The notes beneath the pieces were generated by a model that was not told the DNA's origin, did no database searches, and saw nothing but the letters and a program-made list of their open reading frames with translations. From Amoebophrya sp. A120 (Eukaryota; Protista; Dinoflagellata), in assembly GCA_905178155.1 (NCBI GenBank), contig CAJINV010000003.1, forward strand, positions 5,029,700 through 5,093,699: 64,000 nt of DNA, read 5' to 3'. Below are positions 34,252 through 45,687 of this stretch, piece after piece (position 1 is the first letter of the stretch; the number at the start of each line of letters is the position of its first letter). Both the position numbers and the translations under genes were made by a program.

Positions 34252-37200
34252 ATGGGTCAAAGTGAGTCGCTTTTCGCGGGGGGCACCGGTATGTTCCTTT
34301 TTTGGACCGTCGCAAAGAAACAAGAATTATAGATACCGTGTCTTTAAGCTGGTGGTTGACTACGATGAGCCTCTGTACACAGATGATTTCACATTTCCTT
34401 CAGGCCCGGAGTTTTCACTGCAGCCAATTCCAGAGGCCTGCGTGCCGAAGACGGATACGGACTTGCCGCAACAGGCTCAAGCTTCGAACGCCGAGGCAAT
34501 CAAGCTTATCGATGCGGGCAAGCATTTGGAGGCGGTACTAGAGTAGTTGATTTTTTCAAAGTCTGAAAATAGCGCAACTTTATTCGTACCGCGACTTGCC
34601 ACACACAACTCCCTCGGCGTTCGGAGAATGTCGTTGAACACCCACCACGTGATGAACAAGCTTCCCGCAATCCGATGAATCTTAGATCGCAATCGCATGA
34701 AATGTTTCACCCACAGATCAAGCGCCTCCGTGCCGCTTTGCAGTTGGTACCGGAGTCATCGACCCTTGCCGGAAACCTGGCGCTCTGCCTCGCAAAACGA
34801 AATGAATTCGCAGACGCGAAGGCCATGTATTCCATGTTTCTACTCTGTTGCGCGGACATTCCTGCCGCAAACTTGGCACGCAAGTAGACGAGCTGCTGTT
34901 TCTTTGTTTCAGCCGGCTGCTGGCGGATGCGACCCAACGATGAATTAATCGCGGTTGTTGAATACTTAAAACAATTTCAAATAACTCAGGTGCCAGCGTG
35001 CCCTTTCCGGAGAAGAACACCAAACAGGGGACTTTGGCACGCGGCTCATTCTCGCTTGGTGCGAGAGCAAGCTCGGGCGAGCAAGCGACGCCATCGCTCT
35101 GTATCAGAACTTGTACCAGGAAAGGAGTACGGAGTACGAAATTCTGTTTCACATGAGCGAGGCTTTCCGCGACCACGGCGACTTCGGCGACGCAGTTGAG
35201 ACTCTGAACTTCTTTCTGCAGCACCGCCCTAACCATTTCGAGGCGCAGCGGCAACTAGGGTTCTGCTACGAGCAGAAGAAGGATCTAGAGAACGCGCAGA
35301 GAACGTAAAAATTTACAATTTCATTTCGTGCAACATTTCTTCTGGAAACCATGCACATCTTCGCCGCAAAAGAAAACTACCGAAGTTGCTGTCCACAGTT
35401 CGTCGCGAAGACCAAAAGACTCCCTAAAAGCCAAAAGAACTACTGCGTGTGATTGTTATTGTGAAATGCTATTTCAGGTATGAGTTTTTGTTGAAGCAGT
35501 GGGAGGGTGCTTCCTCCGAAGAGAGGACGCCTGGGTTTCCCGAGCGGGAGACGCGACTGCGCCTGGTTGGCGTGTTGCGGGACCGGGTGGAGCAACAGAA
35601 AGACGAGGAGCGCAAGCTGACCAAGAGGCCCGGCTACAGTTTGAGCATTGTGGGAAAGCTGGTGGCCGCCGGAGAGAACCTCAGCGGCTCGGACGACGAC
35701 CTTCCCGGGGGGCGCGCCAGCAGCAGCAGCTCCGCCTCCGCGCGCCGCAGTGGGCGCAAGGGCGGACGCCGTTCCTCGGGGCGGCGGAGCGGCGCGAAGC
35801 TCGGCGACGTGGAATACCGGAGCTCGTTGCTGAAGCGGGACCGGTTCTCCGCGATCCAGGAGGAGCGCGACAGCGAACTGGAGGACTCGTCTTTGCTGGA
35901 GGAGGAGAAGGAGGAGCGCGGCATCCTGAGCATCCACGAGTTTGCCGCGATGCAGCAGTTGCAGAAACTGCTCGAGCAGGATCCCAACGACCTGCTGGTG
36001 CTCCGCGAACTGTGCTTCGCGTCCACGAAGATCAAGAGCGTGGCGCAGTACGGCGAGCGCGCCTTCGCGCTCGAACCGGACGCGGAGCTCGCCTTCCACA
36101 TCGCGGAAAGCTACACGAAGGCGGTGCAAAAGTACATCGTGCTGGACGTGCCGGGCGCGGAGAACGCCGCGTCGGATCCCTCGATTGAGCGCGGGCTCCG
36201 CCACGCCATCGGGTGGTACCGGAAGACGCTCGAGGTCGCGGACCGACCGCACCTCCCCGCCATGATCGCGCTGGCCCGGCTGCTGGTGAACTGCGGTTCC
36301 AACGTGATCTCCTCGCCGATGCTGGCGCGCGCCACGGGTGGGCTAGGGTTACTCATGTCGCAGCTGGCGCGCCCCTCCTACCAGCGCACACTGGAGCCCA
36401 CGGGCGTAGTGGACGCACCCACCGGCGTTCTGCTCTCTGCCCCGCCGTCAAGCACGAAACTGTCGAGTCACCAGGACCCGCTGCGGCACAGCAGCCGCGG
36501 TGGTGGTGCCGGAACCTCGGCAATTACAGGAACCAATGCGCCACCTTCATCTTCCGGCGCTCTGATTCCGGCCGCGCCTGTGGGAGCCGACAAGCAGCGG
36601 TACGTGGAAGCCATGGAGATCTTGGCCGCGGCGCGCAAGATGGACCGCACCAACAAGGAAGTGCTGGAGCTGTGCTGCGCGTGCAAATTCTTCCAGGGAA
36701 ACTACTTTGCGGCGCGAAGCTACGCGACGGAGCTGCGCAAAGTGGACGGGTTCAACAAGACCGCCCTGTTCGTACTCGCGGAGGTGCACAAACTGCAGAA
36801 AACCAGCGCGACCGAAGTGTTGAAAAACAAACAGGCCGCTCCAGGAAAGCGGAAGCAGAAGCTGCCCTGGTACCAGGAGCTCGAGGGCATCGCGCCGCGC
36901 CAGATGGAGCGCGTGATGCAGGCCATATCCGAAAGCTACAAGGAGCGGAAAAAGTTTGACGAGGCGACGACGTGGGTGCAAAAGGGTTTGCAGGCATACC
37001 CGGGCTCCACGAAGCTGCAGTGCTTCAAAATGCAGCTGGAGCTCGACAAGCGCACGCACAACAATTTGTTGGACCACACCTTTTCGGACAACGGGCTCTC
37101 ATCCTGCTTGGACAGCACACACCACAGTCTCAGTGTGCAGACCAAAGAACTGAATCCCGGGGACCTCGGCTCCTCACGGCAAACGACTGTCGTCGCGCAG

Positions 37201-40200
37201 GAGGACGCCTCTTCGCCGCTCTTGTCGCGAGAAATCATGAACGGATCGTCACCCGCCAAGGTGGCGGAGCCTGCCGCGACCGAATCTCCGACAAAAGCGA
37301 CAAAGCGAAAGAACGCCGCCCTGCGTAGACGATCCCACCGCCCCTGCAACGAAAATCTCTTTGAAGAGGACTCGCGGCGCGCGACGCTAAAGCGGGAAAC
37401 GGCGAATGCCAAATTGGAAACCCTTCGATTTCCCTCCACTATTGCAGAAGTATAAATGTTGTGATCTCCGGAACTTTTTCTTTCCTCATTTGCTGTGAAA
37501 AAGAGAACAGAGTTATTCAACGAACTAGAATGAGCTTCATCGTTTGTACTTCGATTCACACAGGAGGACCTCCAACCGGGCGCGCGACTTACAACTCCGT
37601 ATTCCGAAAGCGAGGAGCTGGTAAACACGGTGGCCCTTCACGAGCAGGACCTGGGTTCGCACCGCGGCGAGCCGCCGTCCCTGTTTGCGCAGGCGCTCGC
37701 GTCCGACGACGTGTTCTTCGTGAAGGACACGGCGGCCGGACTCGTGCGGGAAGGGCAGGACTACGACTCCGCGCTCCGACTGTACGAGCGCATGTTGGAG
37801 CTGGCGAGCAGCGAGGACGCCCCCGGTGCGGTGTCCGACGCCACCCTGAACCGGCTGCAAATCGACGCGCGCCTCCACATGTGCGAGATACGTGTGCGCA
37901 TGTACGACGCGGTCGTGGAGAATAGTCTGGAGCTGACCACGGCGAGCCGCGCAGCCCTACTTACAACCGGCGTGAACCCCGCTGCACTGCTGCTGTATCG
38001 CGAAGACCCGCCGGAGGGCGGCTTTTTCGGGCACGGATTTTCATCTGCGGACCGTAGACCTGCTGCGTCGGAAGAGGACCACGATACGGAAGTGGATAGC
38101 GCGGTCTTTTCGGCGACGCAGCACTTCCTGGCGGCGATAGACCATTTGAAACGGGCGGAGCGGAAAATGCGCGGCGTGCTCGGGTTTGACCGGGACCGAT
38201 ACCTAAGGCACCGCGTGAAAGCCCGCACGACATCTTCCAGCCGCAAAAACAGCTTCAACACGACGCTGGCGGCTGGCGACGCGGCGTCTTGCGTGGAGTA
38301 CAGTGACGACTTCAACCACGACCCGGAGGGGTTCTTGTCCCGCAAATTTTTCAGTTGCGCCGCCCACGTGATCTACCGGCGATCCGTGGAAGCCGCGCAG
38401 TGGAAGCTGACGCCCGCCATCAGCTTGTTTCTCCAATCCGGAACTTCCACGGATCGTGCCGGAACCGGCAGTGGTGGTGCATCGTCGAGCAGCGTGAACC
38501 TGATCGAAGATCCGTTGCAACGCGAAAACGTGTTTTCCTTCGCTCGGCTGTCTTTGAAATACCTGCTTCTCGACGACGAATCGCGTACGCCGCTCGACGC
38601 GCGCGACCAGGTGCTGCTCGCGGAGCTTGGGGCGTTTCTGCAGCACGAAAAAACCCTGCAGTGGATTCATCGCGCAACGCAACGTGGCGGAGCCGCCGCG
38701 CAAGCGGCCGTGGACGCGGCCTCGAACGCGAACAACAACAGTTCGCAGCTCTCGTCCGCAGCGGCGACGCCCGCGACCGTCACCGCCGGGGAGACGAGTC
38801 AACCTCCTGGCAGCGCCGCCGCCAACATCCCTGGCGACTGCCCGCAGGCGCTGTACAAGCCGAAGCTGCTGCTCGGGTGCTACTACGCAAATTTGGGAAA
38901 CTACAACCAGGCCCTGCACCACTTCAAAATTGCCGCGAAGAGCTGTCCCGAGAAGTTGTACGTGCGGTATTTGCACCACTCCATCCTCGACGCGGCCATC
39001 CACGCGTCGAAACTGGACCAGCTTGTCGAGATGCTCGACGACACGTTCGGACCGCATTTGCTGGAAGATTTGGTCCTGCAAGCACCCATCAACTGGACCG
39101 AGGAAGAAGAAAACGCGGTCCAGAAGAGCGATAGTGCCGAGAAGGCAGATGTTGAAAGTGGCACGGAACAACAAGGCCCGGGTGCGGCCTCGGGGGCTTC
39201 GATGAAGTTATCGATATCGCCAGCTGACGAAGAGCACGAGGCGTTGTCCGTGGCGCGCGGGCGCGAGACCAAAGCAAGCGCAGGAGGTGAGGTGAACACT
39301 AGAAAATCTACGGGCGGGCCCGGGGCCATGAACCTGGACTGGGTGGCAGTGAAAGGGCAAAACCAGGTGAAGAATCTCTTGAAGTTCGAGTGCCTGAAGC
39401 GCAGCGTGCGGAAGCGCAGCGACGCGGTGGCCACGCCGACCGAGGAAAGCAGCGTGGTCGCCTTGGAAGGGCTGGTCAGCGACGTCATCCGCGAGATGGT
39501 GACCGACAAAAGCGCCGCCTCGACCTCGTCGTCCCACGAGAGGGAGCAGCGGCGTACGGTGGCGCAGCACTTCCGCCGGTCCGCACTCTCGGTGCTCCAC
39601 GACCACGAGCTGCTCCGCCGGTTTCCGCAGAAGCGCCTCATTGTAGCGCGGTGGTTGCGCGAAGAAAGCCGGTTTGAGGACGCCCTCGCACAGTATGCGT
39701 TGACGGAACTTAGTGGCGGCACGCCGACCAGTCCACGGGGAACCGAGCAAGAGTTGTCCAGCGGCTGGGGTTGTAAGGACGCAGTTCTGAACGGCGAGCA
39801 GTTCCGGAAAACCTATTACAGTAACAGGCAAGTCGCCGCGGAACAACAGCACGCGGACCACACGAACACCACGGGCGGCGGGGGTGAAGATCAGAGTAAA
39901 CTCACAAGCCAGCCACTGGAGCCGAATCCAATCCCCATGGGCCGCCTCACGAAACCGCCGTCCGCGTTGCTCGGGGCGGGTGGAAGAAGCTTGCTGCAGC
40001 TCGGCAGCGCGTTCCCGAAGCCACGCAGCCCGCTGGGTGCGCCGCCGGCGGGAAGTGGTGCGCCGGTCGGCGCGAAAGCAAGCGATAGTACCGCAGCGGA
40101 GCGTCGACGGGCGGAGGAGGTCGAAAAGATCGAGGGCATGGCGTACTGCTCGCGCAAGATCGGCGACTACGACAACGCCCTGGCTTACTACCGGCAGTTG

Positions 40201-43200
40201 GTGGACGCGACGGAGGGCCGCGGGTCCGCATTCGCGGAGCAGAACCTGGCTGGCCTCTACTATGTGGCCACCGTCCTGTTCAAGAAGCGCGAAATGGAGG
40301 AGGCAATCCTGTTTGCCAGACGCGTGATATTGACGTGCCAAACCAAGGCGGCCGCGTCCGATGCGCTTGCCGTGCTGAAGGAATCGGAATACCGACTGGG
40401 TGCGTGCTACGTGGCCTCGAAGGCGCACCTGATTCTCGAAGACCTGCAGGAGTCGCAGTGGATGATCAAGCGCGGCTTGGAGATGCGCGAGAAGGCCGAG
40501 CAGGTGCACTTCGTGTTTTTTCTCGGCGTCATCAAGTCCCGCCTGCACGAGTACGGCATGGCGAAGGAGCTGCTGGTGGAGGCGTTGCAGTTGTCGAACC
40601 TGTTCAAGAAAAACGCGTGGTCCGCCTCGCGTTCTTCATCTGCCACGGCGACCGACCGCCAGTCGCGGCAGTGGAAGTTGTGTCTCACCATGGACGGTAC
40701 TACCGCCTCGCGACTGGTGGACGGCCTCGCGTCCCAGACCGGCTCCTCCGAGAAGGAGCCCACGCCGCAGGAGATGCGCAACGTGGAGGCCGCCGCGGCG
40801 GCGGCCGCGTCGCGCGACAGTAAGATCTGCGTCGACATCCGGTTTGCTTTAGCGCAGCTGTACTTGTACCAAAGTCTGTACGAGCTCGCGCGACAAGAGG
40901 TGGAAATTGGACTCTGCGAGAACCCGATGCACGTCGGCTTGTTGTCCACGAAGGCGCTGCTCTACGTGCTTCAGGATGACGAGGAGAGCATCGCCGAGAA
41001 CTGCCTGGTGTCAATCGATCTGGTCTCGCGGCTTTGCCAAGACAAGCAGAACATCGGCTGGCTACCGCTGCTCTACTGCCGCCTAGGCTACCTCTATTTG
41101 CGCGCAGAGAATTATGAGAACGCCCTGCGGGCACTCTCTAAGTGTACTCGCTGCGATCTCCATACGATTCCGCACGTCACGAAGAGTGTCTACGGCAGCG
41201 CCCACGTTCTCGTTGCATTGATCTACAAGACACAAGGGGATATCACAGCGGCCCGAAAACACGTGGCTGAGGCGAGAAGGTTATTTTCCCCATTTTTTGC
41301 GGACAAGCATTTATGATGTCGAGGTGCAGGTGATCTTCATTCGCAGAGAGTTTCTGCTTCATCGCGGATGCATTTTTTATGTTTTTCATAATTGCCGTGA
41401 CCGCGATTGGCTGCTCTACATCTACCTCAACAAAATTTTCCGCAGGTATCATAAAATTTTCGATGGCTTCTTGACCGCAAGAAAAACCGACGGTCGCGAA
41501 CTGAGCACGTACCTACACGAGCTTTGCCTCACACCCGGCCACATTTCGCAACTGCTGTCGCTTCTGGAGGATTGCGCAAGCTCCGATCCGACGCCAGCCA
41601 CGTCCACTTTCGAGCAACAAGGTACCGCTTGCTTGGACCTGCTGGCAGCATAGCTGCTCTTTACTTACTTCTTCAATGAGATCTTCACGCTCCTTCATAT
41701 CACCGCTCGTAGCAGAAAGATGAGCGTTTCTCGGAAATAAGGGAGATGTTGTTCATCTCATTTTCTTGACAGGTGCCGGGCAGTTTTCGCTGCCTCCATC
41801 GAAACCAACGTCGCGAAGCGGTACACCCTCTCGGCTTCAGCCCACCGCGTACCCGGAGCCAGCCCCGCAAGTCATGATGCCACCGACCGCCGCACCGCAG
41901 CAGGCCGGACCCGCCCCGGGCACGAATCCTCTGTTTTTCACTTCGACAACGCGCGGTGCCGCGGTGCGAGATGCCAGTCTGACGCCGAATTCCGTGACCC
42001 CACGGGCGATGTTCGCGGCGCTCAAGCCTCCGTCGCTCGAGTTTCCGACCGCAAAGTTGTTCGGCGCGGCCGGGGGTGGGACTACGGCACTGCAGAGCGG
42101 CGGCGAGCCGCTGCTGCCGACGGTGAGCCTCTTTTCGCGCAGCCGGAGTCAGTCTCGCACGGGTACGCCCGCCCGAGGGCGGAGTCTGACCCCGGGCGTC
42201 GGATCCGAAGCACACAGCCGCAGCAACTCGCAGTCGCGCCTGCAGCCCGCCCTGCTGCAGCAGCAGGACCGCGTCTTGGCGCCCATTGTGCAGCAGGTCG
42301 GCCAGCCCGCGGGAGACTTGATTCCGAGTGTAATGCCGACGGTCATTCAGCCTCCAAGCGCGCCGTTCGATCCGCCGCCACGACTCGGTTTGCCTTCGTC
42401 TGCATCTTCACGGTCGCACACCCCCTCACGCGGGTCCTCGTCTGCGGGACCCAGTAGTGCGGCGCACAGCAAAGAGACCTACGGCCCCCGCCCCGGCGCA
42501 GCAGCTCCGCCGTCCCGTCCCGGCCTCTCCTCGAAGATCGCCCCGCCGTCTCTCGCCGGCGGAGTGCAACCGTCCTCCTCGCTCGTTCCATCGCCGCCCG
42601 CGGACCACGAGGAGGCCGATACGTTTGGAAAGGCCGTCGCGGCCGCCCTCGCCCACGAAGACGCTTCTCTAGCGGCCGACAGTGAGTCCTCAAGAAGGCA
42701 CTCGCCGCCCGACCGCAAGCCAATGGAGGGCAGCTTGCGACTCGCGGAGTACAGTAGTGACCACGATAGAGCAGCAGACCAGTCCGTCATCCCCTCCGAG
42801 TACAACTCGCGCGGCCCCTCGCCGGTGGAACACCCGAAGCACCACGCGCGCCGCGTGTGGTCTCAGCAGAAAAACGCACCCAACCGACAGTTGTCCAGTG
42901 GCCTGAACAGCCCACCGCCGAATGTGTCCGTCCCCTCTCTCGGCGGAGGCGGGGGAGGTAGTAGCAGTTCTTCCTCTACTTCCACGTCGCATTTCCAGCA
43001 ACCCGGTGACGGGGGGTCTACCGCCGTCCGGTCGCGGCAGGAACACAACTCTGCCCCCACGGAACAGCAGCAGGAAATAAACAACCTCGATGACACCAAC
43101 TTGCAGGAACATCAAAACTACAACGCCCAGCAGCAGCAGCCGGCCGGGCCCCCGGACCGCGCGCCGCAGGAGGGTCGAAACTCGTTGCCCCCAAAAAGAC

Positions 43201-44424
43201 GGCCCCAGGTGCAACTGGCCATTCAGAAGATGGTGAACAACGACGACCTGAAGTACGGCTACCGCCTTGGCAGCGGCGGCTTCGGAACCGTGTACCACGG
43301 AGTCTACAAGGGGGAGGAGGTGGCCATAAAAAAGATCAACATCGACGAGTTTGGGAACATATGCAATGCAAAAGCATCGTGCTAGTATGTACTGCAGTAC
43401 AAAGTAGCCCAGCATCACAAATTGAATCAGCTTGCCTTGAGAAAATATGTAACGCATAAATGCAATAATTCCTACGAGTACGATACTTTTGCACAGGATG
43501 GAACATGTCGGAAACGCAGATGCTGGAAATGGAGAAAGAGATCGAGGCGTTGTCGCATCTCCGCCACCCGCGGCTCGTCAAGTTCATCGGCGCTTGCCTC
43601 GATTACCCGCATTTGTCCATCATCACCGAGTTCATGCCCGGGGGGTCGTTGCACGCGCTCCTGCACATCAACAAAGTTAAACTCCCACCGCACACGCAAC
43701 TTAGCCTCTCGAGGCAGTTCGTCGAGGGGGTACGGTTTCTGCACACGCAGCAGCCCAGTCCCATCGTGCACCGGGATTTGAAGTCCTTGAACTTGGTGCT
43801 CGACCGGTTGCTCAACTGCAAGATTTGCGACTTCGGCCTCACGCGGACGATGGACAAAACACATCTGTCATTAAAGGACGGGGGTAACGGAGGAAGCCCA
43901 AGGTAACAAGTTGTGCTGATACTACCTACAAGTGAGCTACGCGTACTTCTGGCCGCAGTCATTCGCAGTTTTTTTGCGCACTGGAGTTGATGTCATAGCG
44001 GTCACTGAAGTATTTAGTCTCTCTCGGTCATTGAAATTGTCCTGGCAGAGATCGTTTCGCTTTGCGCATGCGATAGGTGACGAGGTGGAAATCAATGCGA
44101 AAGTATGGACATCCACATGATATTCTTTTCCCCAGGTACATGGCACCGGAGTGCTACGAGAGTCAAGGCAAGCTGACAGAGAAGGTGGACATCTGGGCAG
44201 TCGGGTGTTTGCTGAACGAAATCTATGGCGGCCGGCTCCCCTTCGATGAGTGCACCGCTATCCAGCAAATTGTGAAGAAGCTTCTGGTTGACCATCAAGG
44301 TCCCTACATCCCTCCGCACATCCCCGCGCCGATGCGAACCCTGATTCAGCAGTGTCTCTGTTTCGACCTGCGGTCCCGTCTTTCTGCGGTCGAGATTTTC
44401 GATCGTCTGCAGCAAATAAAGTGA
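34252..44424 (+). CDS. Giant multi-exon TPR-repeat protein fused to a C-terminal TKL-family protein kinase
   Basis: TPR-rich exons are linked in frame by GT-AG introns (EA|IKRL, KAM|CQR, QRT|YEF, AE|ED, ARR|YHK, QQ|GAG). Kinase motifs are GSGGFG, VAIK, HRDLKSLN, DFG, GSPR|YMAPE and DIWAVG. The first exon (MGQ..) is tentative. Confidence 0.8.
43361..43506 (+). mobile_element. Decayed introner-like non-canonical intron, 146 bp, inside the kinase domain
   Basis: Direct repeat GGAACAT at 43354 and 43500. Inverted repeat tgcaaaagcatcgtgct / agtacgatacttttgca. Excision gives EFGNMSETQ in frame. Confidence 0.75.
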
Positions 44425-45687
44425 AGCGCAAGTAGGTGGACAACTCTGGGTCGACGTACGGAGAAGGTTTTTTCAATCGAAACCCTGTAGAATTGAGGAT
44501 AGTAATTACGAAGCGTTCAATATGAAAACCAAAATCAATGTTATGTAACTCCTAAATGTAACTCCGCGATGCAAATCGCGTTTTCATAGTGCCAGTGCGT
44601 ACGAGGCGTCGGTCACGGGAGAACATCCTCTCATGGACCGGTTTGTCTCGTACTCGTACTGCCGTGTACGTTGTGGCCATTCGTAGATGTGTGATTTTTA
44701 CTCGAAGTTAATATATCTTGTGCACATCACTTCAGCTTTCAATCGAGTTGATCTTCGCGCTGTCACTCGATTTGACGCAAATTGTTAGTCCGGCGTCGTG
44801 GATTTTTTCTGAATGCTCAGCTGCCGTTACGTACGTAGACTGCCAGCGATTACTTTGGTCACGCGGCCGCAAGCAGGAGACGTAGTTGCGACGCGGCCCC
44901 CTTGCCTGCGGAAAACTTTTCTTTGAAAGAGCTTTGGAGTGAAAAGTACTTCAGTTCTTGCCTTTTTCGGGAACCAACGTCGAAAGTACCGGATTCTTTT
45001 GAAGGACAGCCTCTACCGAAGCGAAGAAGACCTTTATTTCCGTAATTTTCAATGAGGGAAATCCGGGCGCCCGTAAGAGTACGTATCTGAAAGTCGTAAA
45101 GCGATATGCAACTACAGTAAGGTTCGCGGTGAGGAGACAAAGCAAACTGCAAAAACTGTTCTCCGCGCTTTACTACTTGCCTACTTGGCATGATGTTGAG
45201 ACAGTGGCAGTGTCAGTCTCAGATTGGACTGCACTTGTCCAGTGCAGATCTACAGTAGCCCACGACAACGAACCACGAGTGGAAGATCAATCTCGAGCAT
45301 TTTTTGTACAGATCCGCGCTGTCCGTTTTTCGTGTGCGATCCCAGACACGACTCTACACGTGGTTTACAACGATCTTCATTGTCAGTTGCTCCCGACTCT
45401 ACCCTTTGAACACCGCGGCCACTATGCGCAGGAGTGATTTGCAAGGTTTGTGCGATGATTTGAGGGAATTGAACTCCAAGTGTTGCACCATTTCTGTGGG
45501 TTACACCATTGTATCACCAGGTCGTTGGTTTTTTTTCCTTGTTTTTTTTTTCCTTGCAGCTACGATTACAAGTAGCAGTAGCAAATAACATCTGCATACG
45601 AAGTGAAAGTTGAAGTTGAAGGTTAGTGCTATTCACATATTTCTGGGCGGTGAACAAGCAGGTGGTGGAAATCGGCAGTCGAAAAAA

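Noticed and set aside
35440-40949. Long antisense ORFs opposite the TPR gene
   Set aside because: They are shadow ORFs caused by GC3-rich codon usage.
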